Below, piece after piece: positions 38,648-48,178 of a stretch of DNA of 64,000 nucleotides. The DNA comes from an uncultured Gammaproteobacteria bacterium (GTDB taxonomy: Bacteria > Patescibacteriota > Microgenomatia > Levybacterales > UBA12049): contig CAYYSJ010000003.1 in the NCBI GenBank assembly GCA_964474445.1, positions 17,597 to 81,596 on the forward strand, read 5' to 3'. Position numbers and translations under genes: made by a program. Each line of letters opens with the position of its first letter. Positions within the stretch are counted from its first letter, which is position 1. The notes beneath the pieces are model-generated. The model worked only from the letters and a program-made list of their open reading frames with translations, made no database searches and was not told the DNA's origin.

Positions 38648-39481
38648 ATGTGGTGGAAAGAAAAACGACCTCGTTTTACATTTGATATTAGTGGGGATTT
38701 CCATTTGGGACATCCAAATCCTCCTGATCGTAATCCTACAGAAAAAGAATTAAGAACATCTCTACAAAGCGCACTAGATCGTAAAGTGGATGGCTACATA
38801 GTGGTTGGAGATGGCGTACATGATAATAGCATCAAAGATGCACACAGACTTGCTGCTTTATACAAAGAATATACCAGTAAAGGCCTTCGCATGTTTGTTA
38901 TGAAAGGCAATCATGATGAAATACCTGAAATTGGTGCCATTCTTGCTCAGGATGGTGGCGTAGAACTTCTGGATGGACAGGTTGTGAAGATGAGAAAAGG
39001 CTTAAGAACCGTTGCCTTGATTGGGGCAACAAGTGAGTTTGGTCCTGATCATACGAATTGGTGGAAAGCAGAAAAAGAAGAAGATCGCAATAGAGCCAGA
39101 CAACGGGTAAGGCAAGAAGCAAGAAAATATGAAGCATTTCTACAACAAGCACTTCGAAGGACAAGAGCACGAGATATTATTGTTGTTACTCATCGAGGGA
39201 TTATCCCAGAAACAGTGGGAAGTAAAGCACAATCAAGAGAAAAAGGATCAGAACTATCTCCACAAATTGAGACGTATGCAAAGGTTATCAGACAAGAGTC
39301 TAGGACACCTATCTTAAGACGGAAGCGTCGTATTCATTTTGTGCATGGACATGATCATGGAGATTATCCCTGGGAAGGTGGACTTACTGGATGGATTGGG
39401 CATGTTCCAGTCTATAATGATGCAGCACCTCTTCGTAAGAGAATAGGGCTTCCAACAATTGCCAGAACAATGCAATTGTAA
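38648..39481 (+). CDS. Calcineurin-like metallophosphoesterase
   Basis: DFHLG, VGD, GNHD, VTH, HGHDH motifs. Confidence 0.85.
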   Translation: MWWKEKRPRFTFDISGDFHLGHPNPPDRNPTEKELRTSLQSALDRKVDGYIVVGDGVHDNSIKDAHRLAALYKEYTSKGLRMFVMKGNHDEIPEIGAILAQDGGVELLDGQVVKMRKGLRTVALIGATSEFGPDHTNWWKAEKEEDRNRARQRVRQEARKYEAFLQQALRRTRARDIIVVTHRGIIPETVGSKAQSREKGSELSPQIETYAKVIRQESRTPILRRKRRIHFVHGHDHGDYPWEGGLTGWIGHVPVYNDAAPLRKRIGLPTIARTMQL

Positions 39482-39573
39482 CCCCTCTCTATCTTGAGGT
39501 TTCCTTACTGTCTTCTCTGTTTCTTCTTGCAGTGAGCCGATATAACAAACAAGAGGTTGTCTATTCATCTTGT

Positions 39574-40494
39574 ATGGCATTTGTATCAGAACTAGCATTA
39601 CGCGACGTCCCATATAGAAATTTGGTAGGGACACTCCAGACAATAGACAAAGTGGCACAGCATACAGGAGCACTCAAAGGATATGTGACTGAAGAGCATG
39701 CAGAAAGTCCTTTTAGAAAAAGGGAAGAAGGTGGTATTGATCCAGCTCAAGTTACGGGAGGGAGTCCGTTACCAGGGCTTATGAGATTATCACGACTTGT
39801 TGCAGCCACAGAGCGCTTGGAGGCATTTCATCCTACGATGGATGACCGAAAAGATGCTGTAGCACATGAAATAGAAAGGAGAAGGGAGGAGGCTCCAACA
39901 GCATATAACGTGTTAAAGAATTTACAAAGAAATGGAGTAGGGAAAGGATGGCTTAGTACGTTTGCTGACCAGGCAGATGGGTACTATCCACCTCAAGAAG
40001 AGAAGAGCCATACCTATGCGAATATTGGTGTTGTGATACGAAGACCGTTGAGTGAACCTGTTTTGAAAGCATTAGAATGGGTTGCAATGACTGTCCCAAA
40101 AGATGGTATACCACAAATGGCTCATCATGAAACACAAGCACAACAGCATGTCCTGTCTCGGATCCTTGGCAAATTAGGAAGAGAGGGGAATACAGAAAGA
40201 ATGTTGCCAAGAGGACAATCCCTTGCTGTGCTCTATACAGTTCTTAGTCATCTTGTTTTGCAAAGGGGTGCAGAGGGAAGTTTTGCAAATCCCTATGAAG
40301 AAAACCTTTTTCAAACACTTCTTGGATACTCAGGCGCGGGTCAGGGAAACCTTCCTGAAACAACACGACAGGTACGGCTTGTTATAGAAAGGTTATTTGC
40401 ATCTGAAGGTTCTTCTCCAGTAATACCAACGTATACAAGAAGAGGTGGATTTATTTTAACCCAACGAAGTCGATCTTTGGTAAGTACCCTCTAA
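39574..40494 (+). CDS. Hypothetical protein
   Basis: ~306-aa ORF; no motif. Confidence 0.6.
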   Translation: MAFVSELALRDVPYRNLVGTLQTIDKVAQHTGALKGYVTEEHAESPFRKREEGGIDPAQVTGGSPLPGLMRLSRLVAATERLEAFHPTMDDRKDAVAHEIERRREEAPTAYNVLKNLQRNGVGKGWLSTFADQADGYYPPQEEKSHTYANIGVVIRRPLSEPVLKALEWVAMTVPKDGIPQMAHHETQAQQHVLSRILGKLGREGNTERMLPRGQSLAVLYTVLSHLVLQRGAEGSFANPYEENLFQTLLGYSGAGQGNLPETTRQVRLVIERLFASEGSSPVIPTYTRRGGFILTQRSRSLVSTL

Positions 40495-40738
40495 CATATT
40501 CCCAAAATTTTTCTGCAGTTTTGTTGCTAAATTTGCCATATTTTCCACCTTCTGCTTCCGAACAAAGCATATTCTCATATCGTCGGATGATAGGAAGGAG
40601 TTCATCTCCTAACTCATTGAGTTGTTGCTGATACATCTTTTGATCTTTTGCATAGTTATCATGCACAATCTTAAATGCATTAAAGAGATCTTTATGATTT
40701 TCGAGCATATCTTGAAAGTATTGCTGAGACTTTGTCAT
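40451..40738 (-). CDS. Small helical hypothetical protein
   Basis: 95-aa ORF with protein-like composition. Confidence 0.65.
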   Translation of the reverse strand: MTKSQQYFQDMLENHKDLFNAFKIVHDNYAKDQKMYQQQLNELGDELLPIIRRYENMLCSEAEGGKYGKFSNKTAEKFWEYVRGYLPKIDFVGLK

Positions 40739-40782
40739 AGGAAATCCATTGTAACAGATTGAGGAATTTGTTGGGAAGATAG

Positions 40783-41058
40783 TTATTGTCTTGTACTTCC
40801 GTGATACCCATCATTTCCGCCAGTGGAGGAATGTCTATAGATTCTTCCGTCTTGCTGCATATATGTTCCATTTTTATGAACTTGTTCACTGGGAATAACA
40901 TACGCTCCTAGTTCTGCAGCTTTTACTTCTGCAGCTATAGCTCCAGCCCAGTCATGGGAATACAGTGCGAAAACATTTCTGCCAGTAGCATCTTTTGCAA
41001 CAGCATGGTGAAATGCTCTTTCTCCACTCATTGCTTCAACTCGTACCATATATGGCAT
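40783..41058 (-). CDS. Hypothetical protein
   Basis: 91-aa ORF; the true start may be 41049, with TATAAT upstream. Confidence 0.45.
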   Translation of the reverse strand: MPYMVRVEAMSGERAFHHAVAKDATGRNVFALYSHDWAGAIAAEVKAAELGAYVIPSEQVHKNGTYMQQDGRIYRHSSTGGNDGYHGSTRQ

Positions 41059-41085
41059 TATATCTAAAAAAAAGAAAAAATAAAT

Positions 41086-41952
41086 CTACTTTTGTGCAAG
41101 GGTAATAAAGAGGATACCAAGAAGGATAATAAGAGTGGGGAGAATATGATTTTTTATTTTCTCCTTGAAAAATAGCCATCCAAAAATGGAAGAAAATATA
41201 ATATTACTATTCCCAACAGCGTTTACATACACGGGCAAGGTCAGTGAATATGCCAAAAATTGGAAAAATACTTGAGCAGCATCAAAAGCTCCTGCAGGGA
41301 AAACTTTTATTCCCATGTTGAAGGATAGGAGTTTTTTAAATCCTTTCCTATCTGCAAGGTATGCAACAGGAGTGAAACAAATTGCCCAGAGAATTTGAAA
41401 GAAGGATGTATAAAAATAGGGAGTTGAATTATCTATTGCCAATTTTTGAAGTGCGCCTACAATACTCCATAATACAGCAACAATAATGATGAGCATGACT
41501 CCTTTCTCTTTTGCGATTGCTTTAAATGGAGAAAGGATATGTTTGGTGTCATGATCAAAATGCAAAAAGTACACACCTACTACTATAACAATAATGCCTA
41601 CTATTCCTAACGGAGTTGGGAAAAGATGATTAATAAAAAACTGTGTTGCAATCATTAGTACTAACTGAAGTGAAAGCATGGGCGTGGTAAGAGAAAGAGG
41701 AGATAGGTGAATTGCTTTAATAAAAAGTGTAAATGCTAAAGAATCTAAGATAAGTCGTCCCAAAACAGAAATCCAAAATGCCTGATCGAGATGTGGAATT
41801 CCAAATAACAGCAATGGAGAAAAAAGAATGGATGATACCACTAGAACGCTCCATGCCATGAGAATAGGATTTATTCGAATGGATTTTTTCTTAAAATAGG
41901 CATTTTGCATGCCAGTGGTTAGTGCAAAGAGCAGAGAATAAAGAAACCACAT
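41086..41952 (-). CDS. EamA/DMT family transporter
   Basis: About 10 TM segments, KAIHLSPLS..TP, FG..FFKEK. Confidence 0.88.
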   Translation of the reverse strand: MWFLYSLLFALTTGMQNAYFKKKSIRINPILMAWSVLVVSSILFSPLLLFGIPHLDQAFWISVLGRLILDSLAFTLFIKAIHLSPLSLTTPMLSLQLVLMIATQFFINHLFPTPLGIVGIIVIVVGVYFLHFDHDTKHILSPFKAIAKEKGVMLIIIVAVLWSIVGALQKLAIDNSTPYFYTSFFQILWAICFTPVAYLADRKGFKKLLSFNMGIKVFPAGAFDAAQVFFQFLAYSLTLPVYVNAVGNSNIIFSSIFGWLFFKEKIKNHILPTLIILLGILFITLAQK

Positions 41953-42001
41953 ACAAATAGCTTACAAGAGGTGAGAGAAACTATACAAGAGTAAAAATAA
42001 A

Positions 42002-42028
42002 AATCTTCTACCTCACAGGTAGAAGATT
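42002..42028 (-). terminator. Intrinsic terminator
   Basis: AATCTTCTACCT-cac-AGGTAGAAGATT, a perfect 12-bp stem, with a T-tract on the minus strand. Confidence 0.75.
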
Positions 42029-42088
42029 AAGAACTGGGATTGATTTTTAAAGTTTGTTATTTTAAGAGTTTCTAGGCAGATACTAACT

Positions 42089-42289
42089 CTAGTCTGGGTA
42101 TATCTCTTTGAGGAAAGGATCTTCTAAATGAACAGGATAATCAAGTAGTGAGAGAAATCGTCGAGGATTATCCATTTGATCATAATGTTCATCACAAAGG
42201 TAATGGTCACACGATTTATTCTCAGCATATACAGTAACTGTATGGGTGGCTATATATTCTTGGCAGACTTCGCAAACATGATCCATCAT
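42089..42289 (-). CDS. Small zinc-ribbon protein resembling the McsA/ClpE N-terminus
   Basis: CEVC...AT.....LCDEHY pattern. Confidence 0.55.
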   Translation of the reverse strand: MMDHVCEVCQEYIATHTVTVYAENKSCDHYLCDEHYDQMDNPRRFLSLLDYPVHLEDPFLKEIYPD

Positions 42290-42408
42290 AGGCAGAGATA
42301 TTGTGTAATTTCAGCATAGGTTTTGCAAAAGAGAATACAATAAATATTTCGTAAGAGAATAAAGAGAATCAATAAGCAAATAAGCAAAAGAGAAATAAGG
42401 TATTGACA

Positions 42409-42438
42409 AAAAACACGCAGGGAAAACTGCGTGTTTTT
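42409..42438. terminator. Bidirectional-type intrinsic terminator
   Basis: AAAAACACGCAG-ggaaaa-CTGCGTGTTTTT. Confidence 0.8.
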
Positions 42439-42456
42439 GATCTTGCTTACGTGTTT

Positions 42457-42720
42457 TTAGTAGGTTGTACCTCGTGTTCCACGACTTACCAGTCTTCCAA
42501 TCCAGATAAGAAGAACTGCTCCAATAACCGCGACTAACAAACTATAGAGGTTAAACCCTGTAACTCCTGGTTGACCAAAAAGGGTCATGACAAATCCTCC
42601 AACAATTGCACCAAGTACGCCAAGGATCATATCCATCCACAATCCATTTGGGCTACGTGAAATGGCTGATGCGATCCAACCAGCAATGAGTCCCAAAATG
42701 ATTTCAAGTAGTATACCCAT
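42457..42720 (-). CDS. GlsB/YeaQ/YmgE family stress-response membrane protein
   Basis: ILGLIAGWIAS, ILGVLGAIVGG, GVTGFNLYSLLVAVIGAV. Confidence 0.92.
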   Translation of the reverse strand: MGILLEIILGLIAGWIASAISRSPNGLWMDMILGVLGAIVGGFVMTLFGQPGVTGFNLYSLLVAVIGAVLLIWIGRLVSRGTRGTTY

Positions 42721-43025
42721 AGTTGAGAGTTTCACCCCCTTTCAATAGTACATCTCTCTATTTCGTCATACCGGCAAACTTTTTGCTTGCTCGTGTCCAT
42801 AGTAGAGAAAGCAACTTATAAATTAAAAAGCAGGGGGTAAGAACAGAGTAAGAAATACTTTGGGGGAATGTCATTTTTTCTATCTTGAAAAACAAGAAAA
42901 TTGGTAAAAAAGTCGAATGTCAGCTGACAAATTATGTGCAATTTGGACAAATGCGCACGATTGCAAGGCGAATTGAACGCAGTACAATTAATCTCTGTTT
43001 AAAAAAAGAAAGGAGGGAAACAAAA

Positions 43026-43220
43026 ATGGGAAGACCAGCAGAAACTAGGCCACAATCAGGAGGTCAACAACCACAACCAATGACGGGAGAACAGTTAATG
43101 CGGAATATGCCTCCACGACGTGATGGTATAGTACAATCCCCAGTTGGGGATAGAGGACACACTTGGCCATCAGATGCACCAAGTGGAAAAATAGAACGTT
43201 CAACGCATTCAGGAAGATAA
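43026..43220 (+). CDS. Small disordered hypothetical protein
   Basis: AAGGAGG SD before ATG 43026; terminator follows. Confidence 0.55.
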   Translation: MGRPAETRPQSGGQQPQPMTGEQLMRNMPPRRDGIVQSPVGDRGHTWPSDAPSGKIERSTHSGR

Positions 43221-43231
43221 AAATAATTTTC

Positions 43232-43274
43232 AAAAATCTCTCTATATATACTAAGGTATAGAGAGATTTTTTTG
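43232..43274 (+). terminator. Intrinsic terminator
   Basis: AAAAATCTCTCTATA...TATAGAGAGATTTTT followed by a T-run. Confidence 0.75.
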
Positions 43275-43347
43275 TGGGAACATATTTCTTTCCAAACATT
43301 TACCTAATTTTGGGTAAGCTTTTTTATAAGTGGAGGACAGTTTGCTT

Positions 43348-43605
43348 ATGAGAAAGGCAAAAAGGACAAAAGTAGTTGTATCACCAAAAGAATTAGAACA
43401 TTTTGTTGGAGAGTCAGAATATGGGGGAAAGGGAGGACAGACTCATGCAGGGCCCACTGGTCCAATGAAAGGCAATCCTGTGTATTTTCCTAAACAGGTT
43501 GGTGTGAAACCAACACCAGATTTGAAGAAAAAATTGGAAAAAGATGCTTTTGATATAACAGATGAAACAGTTGCACAATCAGCAGAAGAAGATGAAAAAC
43601 AATAA
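43348..43605 (+). CDS. Small hypothetical protein
   Basis: GGAGGA SD; ends 3 nt before the next gene. Confidence 0.6.
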   Translation: MRKAKRTKVVVSPKELEHFVGESEYGGKGGQTHAGPTGPMKGNPVYFPKQVGVKPTPDLKKKLEKDAFDITDETVAQSAEEDEKQ

Positions 43606-43608
43606 CCT

Positions 43609-44949
43609 ATGCAACCTCCCAATCAGTTTGTAGAGCCTTCAGATACCTCCCTTATTTCCCAATTACGCAAGATAGTGAAACCATTAGAATATGACTCAGA
43701 TTTAGAATCACTGCTGCAAGAGACTGACAATAAGCGCTTCGTTCTTTTAGGAGAAGCTTCGCATGGTACTTCGGAATTTTACCTCTGGAGACGAGCACTT
43801 ACCAAACAAATTATTTCTCATCAAAATGTGAGTTTTATTGCTGTTGAAGGAGATTGGCCAGACTGTTACCGAGTAAATAGATACATTAAGGGATATCCTG
43901 ATGCAGGTAACAGTGCAGAAGAGGTATTACGGCACTTTGCACGTTGGCCAACATGGATGTGGGCAAATACAGAGATGATTGACCTGATTGAGTGGTTAAA
44001 AGAGTACAATACTGAGCTTCAGCCTCATAAAAAAATAGGTTTTTATGGAATGGACGTTTACTCGTTATGGGAGTCGTTAGAACAGGTACTATCCTATCTT
44101 TCCTCCGTTCATCCAAAAGAAGCAAAAAAAGCACAAGAATTATATTCGTGTTTTGAGCCATATGGGGGAGATCCTGATCGATATACTCTCTCAACAGCAT
44201 ATATTCCAGAAGGGTGTGAAAAAGAAGTGTTGGAAGTATTAAAACGTTTTATCAGGAGGCAAAAAAAATATCCGCTCGATGATGAGGCAGCATTCAATGC
44301 AGAACAGAATGCATTTATTGCTGCTCAAGCTGAAAAATATTATAGAAGTATGCTCAAGGGTGATGTAGAGTCATGGAACAATCGTGACCGAAGTATGGTT
44401 GATACGTTATACCGATTGGAACGTTTCTACGCAGATAACAATAATATAGGAACTGTTATCGTTTGGGCACATAACACGCATATCGGGGATGCCCGATTTA
44501 CAGATATGATAGAAAATCAGATGTGGAATGTCGGACAGTTGCTACGACAGGAAATAGGGGAAGCATATGTCTATATTCTTGGATTTGCAACCTATCAAGG
44601 TTCTGTTCTAGCAGCTGAAAGGTGGGATGCTCCAGCAAAAATCATGAAGGTTCCTCCAGCAAGAAAAGAGAGTTGGGATAGTTTCCTTGCAGCATCAACT
44701 GAGAAAAATAGTTTGTTTGTTTTTTCAATACTTGATGAGAAAAAGAAAAAGCTTCTTGCGAAAATGAGAGGACAGCGAGCAATTGGAGTTGTCTATGCAC
44801 CCATGTTTGAATATGGAAATTATGTACCAACGCTTCTTGCTCTCCGATTTAATAGTGTTCTTTTTATTAAAGATTCGCATGCATCACACCCACTGCACGT
44901 TGTGAGACATCCACCAGAATTTCCAGAGACCTATCCTTCTGCCATGTAG
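43609..44949 (+). CDS. Erythromycin esterase family protein
   Basis: LLGEASHGT, AVEGDWPD, WPTWMWAN, WAHNTHIGDAR, RAIGVVY. Confidence 0.93.
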   Translation: MQPPNQFVEPSDTSLISQLRKIVKPLEYDSDLESLLQETDNKRFVLLGEASHGTSEFYLWRRALTKQIISHQNVSFIAVEGDWPDCYRVNRYIKGYPDAGNSAEEVLRHFARWPTWMWANTEMIDLIEWLKEYNTELQPHKKIGFYGMDVYSLWESLEQVLSYLSSVHPKEAKKAQELYSCFEPYGGDPDRYTLSTAYIPEGCEKEVLEVLKRFIRRQKKYPLDDEAAFNAEQNAFIAAQAEKYYRSMLKGDVESWNNRDRSMVDTLYRLERFYADNNNIGTVIVWAHNTHIGDARFTDMIENQMWNVGQLLRQEIGEAYVYILGFATYQGSVLAAERWDAPAKIMKVPPARKESWDSFLAASTEKNSLFVFSILDEKKKKLLAKMRGQRAIGVVYAPMFEYGNYVPTLLALRFNSVLFIKDSHASHPLHVVRHPPEFPETYPSAM

Positions 44950-44968
44950 TACATTGACTTTATGGAGG

Positions 44969-44990
44969 TAGTTGCATTAGCATGCAACTA
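44969..44990. promoter_or_regulatory. Operator-like palindrome over the -10 and start of the alkD-like gene
   Basis: TAGTTGCAT-tagc-ATGCAACTA; TTGACT at 44954-59. Confidence 0.5.
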
Positions 44991-45703
44991 TGCTTGATGA
45001 TTTACGAAACGATGTTCACGTGCTCACTCGTCCTGAAAAAGCAAATATTCTCCAAAGATTTTTTAAAACTGGAAAAGGTGAGTATGGAGAAGGTGATATC
45101 TTTTTAGGGTTAACCGTGCCGGAGTGTCGAACTCTTGCAAAGAAATACTCTCATATGTCGTGGAAAGACATTGAGACACTTGTTGCTTCAAAAAATCATG
45201 AAGAGCGGCTTATTGCACTTCTTATTCTTGTTCAGAAATTTCAAACAGGATCAAATGCCTTGCAACAAGAAGTATATGCATTTTATCTTGAACATACAAA
45301 ACACATTAATAATTGGGATTTAGTTGATTTATCTGCAGCAAAGATTGTTGGAGAGTGGGTATATCTTCATAAAGACAAGGAGTATACTGCCTTGAAACAT
45401 CTTGCTCGATCAGATAAACTCTGGGAAAGACGTATTGCCATCATTGCAACATTTGCTTTTATTCTCCATGGTTCTTGTGAAGAAACCTTCTTTATTGCAG
45501 AAATCCTCCTGAAAGATACACACGATCTGATTCAAAAAGCAGTTGGATGGATGCTTCGGGAGGCAGGAAAGCGCATTTCTGAAGAAAAAGAGGAATCCTT
45601 TTTAAGGAAACATTATAAAGAAATGGGACGAACAGCTCTCAGATATGCAATAGAACGTTTTCCGGAAGAAAAACGAAAAGTATATCTTTCAGGCAGTTTT
45701 TAA
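44990..45703 (+). CDS. DNA alkylation repair protein (AlkD-like)
   Basis: FFKTGKGEYGEGD, NNWDLVD, LWERR, KAVGWMLRE, RTALRYAIE. Confidence 0.92.
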   Translation: MLDDLRNDVHVLTRPEKANILQRFFKTGKGEYGEGDIFLGLTVPECRTLAKKYSHMSWKDIETLVASKNHEERLIALLILVQKFQTGSNALQQEVYAFYLEHTKHINNWDLVDLSAAKIVGEWVYLHKDKEYTALKHLARSDKLWERRIAIIATFAFILHGSCEETFFIAEILLKDTHDLIQKAVGWMLREAGKRISEEKEESFLRKHYKEMGRTALRYAIERFPEEKRKVYLSGSF

Positions 45704-45798
45704 ATCATTTCTTTTAGAAAATTCTTACGGTGATTCTTACAGAGAGATGATACATATGTAGTGAGACAAGGTCTCAAAAGGAGCGTGATCCATCATCT

Positions 45799-45827
45799 AG
45801 CAGGTAGTCCCCAAGACTATCTGTTTT
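45799..45827 (+). terminator. Hairpin terminator between convergent genes
   Basis: AGCAGGTAGTC-cccaa-GACTATCTGTT followed by TT. Confidence 0.5.
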
Positions 45828-45828
45828 G

Positions 45829-46218
45829 TTATGGGGCAGGAATATACATCAGGGCAAATTCATCTGCTTCTTTTTCTTGTTTAGAAATTTCTGCTTTACT
45901 TTGCTTAATATAGATTGAGTTTCTGTGACCGAGAACGACATGCCCTATCTCATGAGCAATGGAGTAGTGGATTTGTTTAGGTTCTTGAGATAGCAAGTCG
46001 TCGCTTAAAAAAATAAGATGTTGATCTGCCAAATCGTCTCCAGTAAACGTATATGCCCATGCATCATCCATTGATCCAACAAACCAGCAATATTGCGTAA
46101 TGTAGTCTTGGAGATCTTTAGGGAGCTTACTGACAACAAGGCTGACATGGTGTTTGAGTTTGTGTGTTCCAACAAGTCTCCCACGGAATTTTTTCTGGAT
46201 AGCGGTAACCTTACTCAT
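45829..46218 (-). CDS. Small HExxH zinc metallopeptidase (ImmA/IrrE- or M48-like)
   Basis: IAHEIGHVVLGH and EKEADEFA. Confidence 0.75.
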   Translation of the reverse strand: MSKVTAIQKKFRGRLVGTHKLKHHVSLVVSKLPKDLQDYITQYCWFVGSMDDAWAYTFTGDDLADQHLIFLSDDLLSQEPKQIHYSIAHEIGHVVLGHRNSIYIKQSKAEISKQEKEADEFALMYIPAP

Positions 46219-46326
46219 GAGAATTATTGTATCAGACATATACAAAGAACAGGGTGAGTGCTTCCTTTTTTTCTTGACTTTTTCTCAAAAAATGATATGC
46301 TTCCTTCAACCTGCCTAAGATACTAT

Positions 46327-46815
46327 ATGGAATTATCAGATAAAATTCGACTAGGAGTTGGGGCAGCTGTATTGGTTATTATTTTAGGAGTGGGAGTATT
46401 ATTCTTCACACATTCCGTGAAAAAAACATCCCAGCCAACAAAATTTGCAGCTACTCAAACACAACAACTCGCAACAACTCCTACTGATACACCAACACCA
46501 ACTCCATCCGAAAGCACTGGTGTATCACAACAGACAGGTTCTCAAGCATCTTCTGGGAATTCTACTCAGTCAAGTCCATCTCAAACACAATCGTTTAGTA
46601 ACACAAATGGTACTACAACACAGTCTTCTGGGAATAGTACAGAAAACACCCAAACGACAACGACTCCTTTTGGACAACTTATCCTACAACAGCAGCAACA
46701 ACAGGCGCAGCATGCTAGTGTGACTATCGGAACGAGTTCGACAACGACATCTTCTAATTCCCTCAATCAGTCCCAGACAATGGGGAATATGACACAAAAC
46801 CAAAGTCTTCAGTAG
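46327..46815 (+). CDS. Membrane-anchored Ser/Thr/Gln-rich surface protein
   Basis: N-terminal TM helix followed by low-complexity S/T/Q sequence. Confidence 0.7.
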   Translation: MELSDKIRLGVGAAVLVIILGVGVLFFTHSVKKTSQPTKFAATQTQQLATTPTDTPTPTPSESTGVSQQTGSQASSGNSTQSSPSQTQSFSNTNGTTTQSSGNSTENTQTTTTPFGQLILQQQQQQAQHASVTIGTSSTTTSSNSLNQSQTMGNMTQNQSLQ

Positions 46816-46881
46816 AAGCTACTTCATTTTTGGTAAGTAGTTGTCTAAATACAACCAAATCTGCAATAATAATAGTCCTCC

Positions 46882-48174
46882 ATGGTTGAAACTTCGGAAG
46901 ATTTTATTTGTCAAGAAAGTGGAGAAATAAGCATCGGGGAGCGTGAAGGTTGGTCACAAAAGATACTAACGGCATTTCCTGCCTTCCAAAGTAGAAATTA
47001 CACACTCTATTTCATCGGACAGCTTGTTTCTCTTATCGGTACCTGGCTACAAGCTGTTGCACAAGGGTGGCTTGTGTTGCAATTAACACATTCAGCATTT
47101 CTTATTGGTCTGGTCACAGCAATTGGTTTCTTACCGTCTCTTTTATTTTCACTGCATGGAGGAGTTATTGTTGATCGGTTTTCCAAAAAGCATATTCTTC
47201 TTTTTACCCAATATTCCTCAATGTTTTTTGCATTTGTTCAAGGTATTCTGACTGTGACCCATGTTATTACGGTATCGGAAATCATGGTATTAAGCTTTAT
47301 TGTTGGCATTATTAATGCACTTGATTTGCCTGCACGACAAGCATATTTAGTGGATATGGTTGAAAAAGATCAACTCTCATCAGCAATTGCTCTGAATTCA
47401 GGAATGTTTAATGGTGCGCGTGTTATTGGTCCTGCAATTGCTGGTTTGTTAATTGCATTGGTTGGAATAGGAGGAGCATTTCTTCTCAATGGGGTGAGCT
47501 ATCTTGCAGCAATCATTTCGTTATACCTTATGAACACGCGTGAACAGGTCCATAAACATACAGGGAGTGCGTATGAAGCAATAAAGGAAGGAGTACAGTA
47601 TGCTCTTTCTCATGCAACAATCAAACAATTACTTCTTTTTACTGCAATCTCTTCCATCTTTGGGTGGTCGTATACGACAATTCTCCCAATTATTGCAGAC
47701 AAAACCTTTCATACTGGAGCGAATGGCCTTGGATATCTGTATACAGCAGCAGGGCTTGGAGCATTACTCGCTTCTTTATTTATCTCAGCATTTTCCAAAA
47801 AAATTTCTTCCTTGTGGTTTATTTTAGGAGGAAATATGCTTTTCACTCTGTCTATTTTCGTGTTTAGTTTTCTGCATAGTTTTCCACTTGCTCTCTTGTT
47901 TCTATTTTTTTCTGGGTTTGGACTTGTGCTTCAGTTTACCTCAGTTAACACCACACTGCAGCATACTATTGAAGACAGGGTGAGAGGGAGAGTCATGGCG
48001 TTATATACATTAATGTTTTTAGGGTTATCTCCTCTTGGAAGCTTTGAAATTGGACTTGTTGCTGAGCATCTGGGGAATAGTGTCGCAATAGCACTTGGCG
48101 CAGTCATTGTTTTTTTGTGGGGAGTCTATTTTTATTTTCAAAGAGACAGCCTCAAACTCTATGTGCACGAGTAA
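46882..48174 (+). CDS. MFS transporter (MFS_3-like)
   Basis: GQLVSLIGTWLQ, GGVIVDRF, PARQA, SAIALNS, RGRVM. Confidence 0.92.
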   Translation: MVETSEDFICQESGEISIGEREGWSQKILTAFPAFQSRNYTLYFIGQLVSLIGTWLQAVAQGWLVLQLTHSAFLIGLVTAIGFLPSLLFSLHGGVIVDRFSKKHILLFTQYSSMFFAFVQGILTVTHVITVSEIMVLSFIVGIINALDLPARQAYLVDMVEKDQLSSAIALNSGMFNGARVIGPAIAGLLIALVGIGGAFLLNGVSYLAAIISLYLMNTREQVHKHTGSAYEAIKEGVQYALSHATIKQLLLFTAISSIFGWSYTTILPIIADKTFHTGANGLGYLYTAAGLGALLASLFISAFSKKISSLWFILGGNMLFTLSIFVFSFLHSFPLALLFLFFSGFGLVLQFTSVNTTLQHTIEDRVRGRVMALYTLMFLGLSPLGSFEIGLVAEHLGNSVAIALGAVIVFLWGVYFYFQRDSLKLYVHE

Positions 48175-48178
48175 TGTA

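Noticed and set aside
43609-44949. Macrolide resistance gene
   Set aside because: Family-level match only; most members of this family have no shown resistance role and there is no mobile context.
46440-46810. Low-complexity Gln/Thr/Ser codon runs as a repeat array
   Set aside because: Protein-level low complexity, not a regular DNA repeat.
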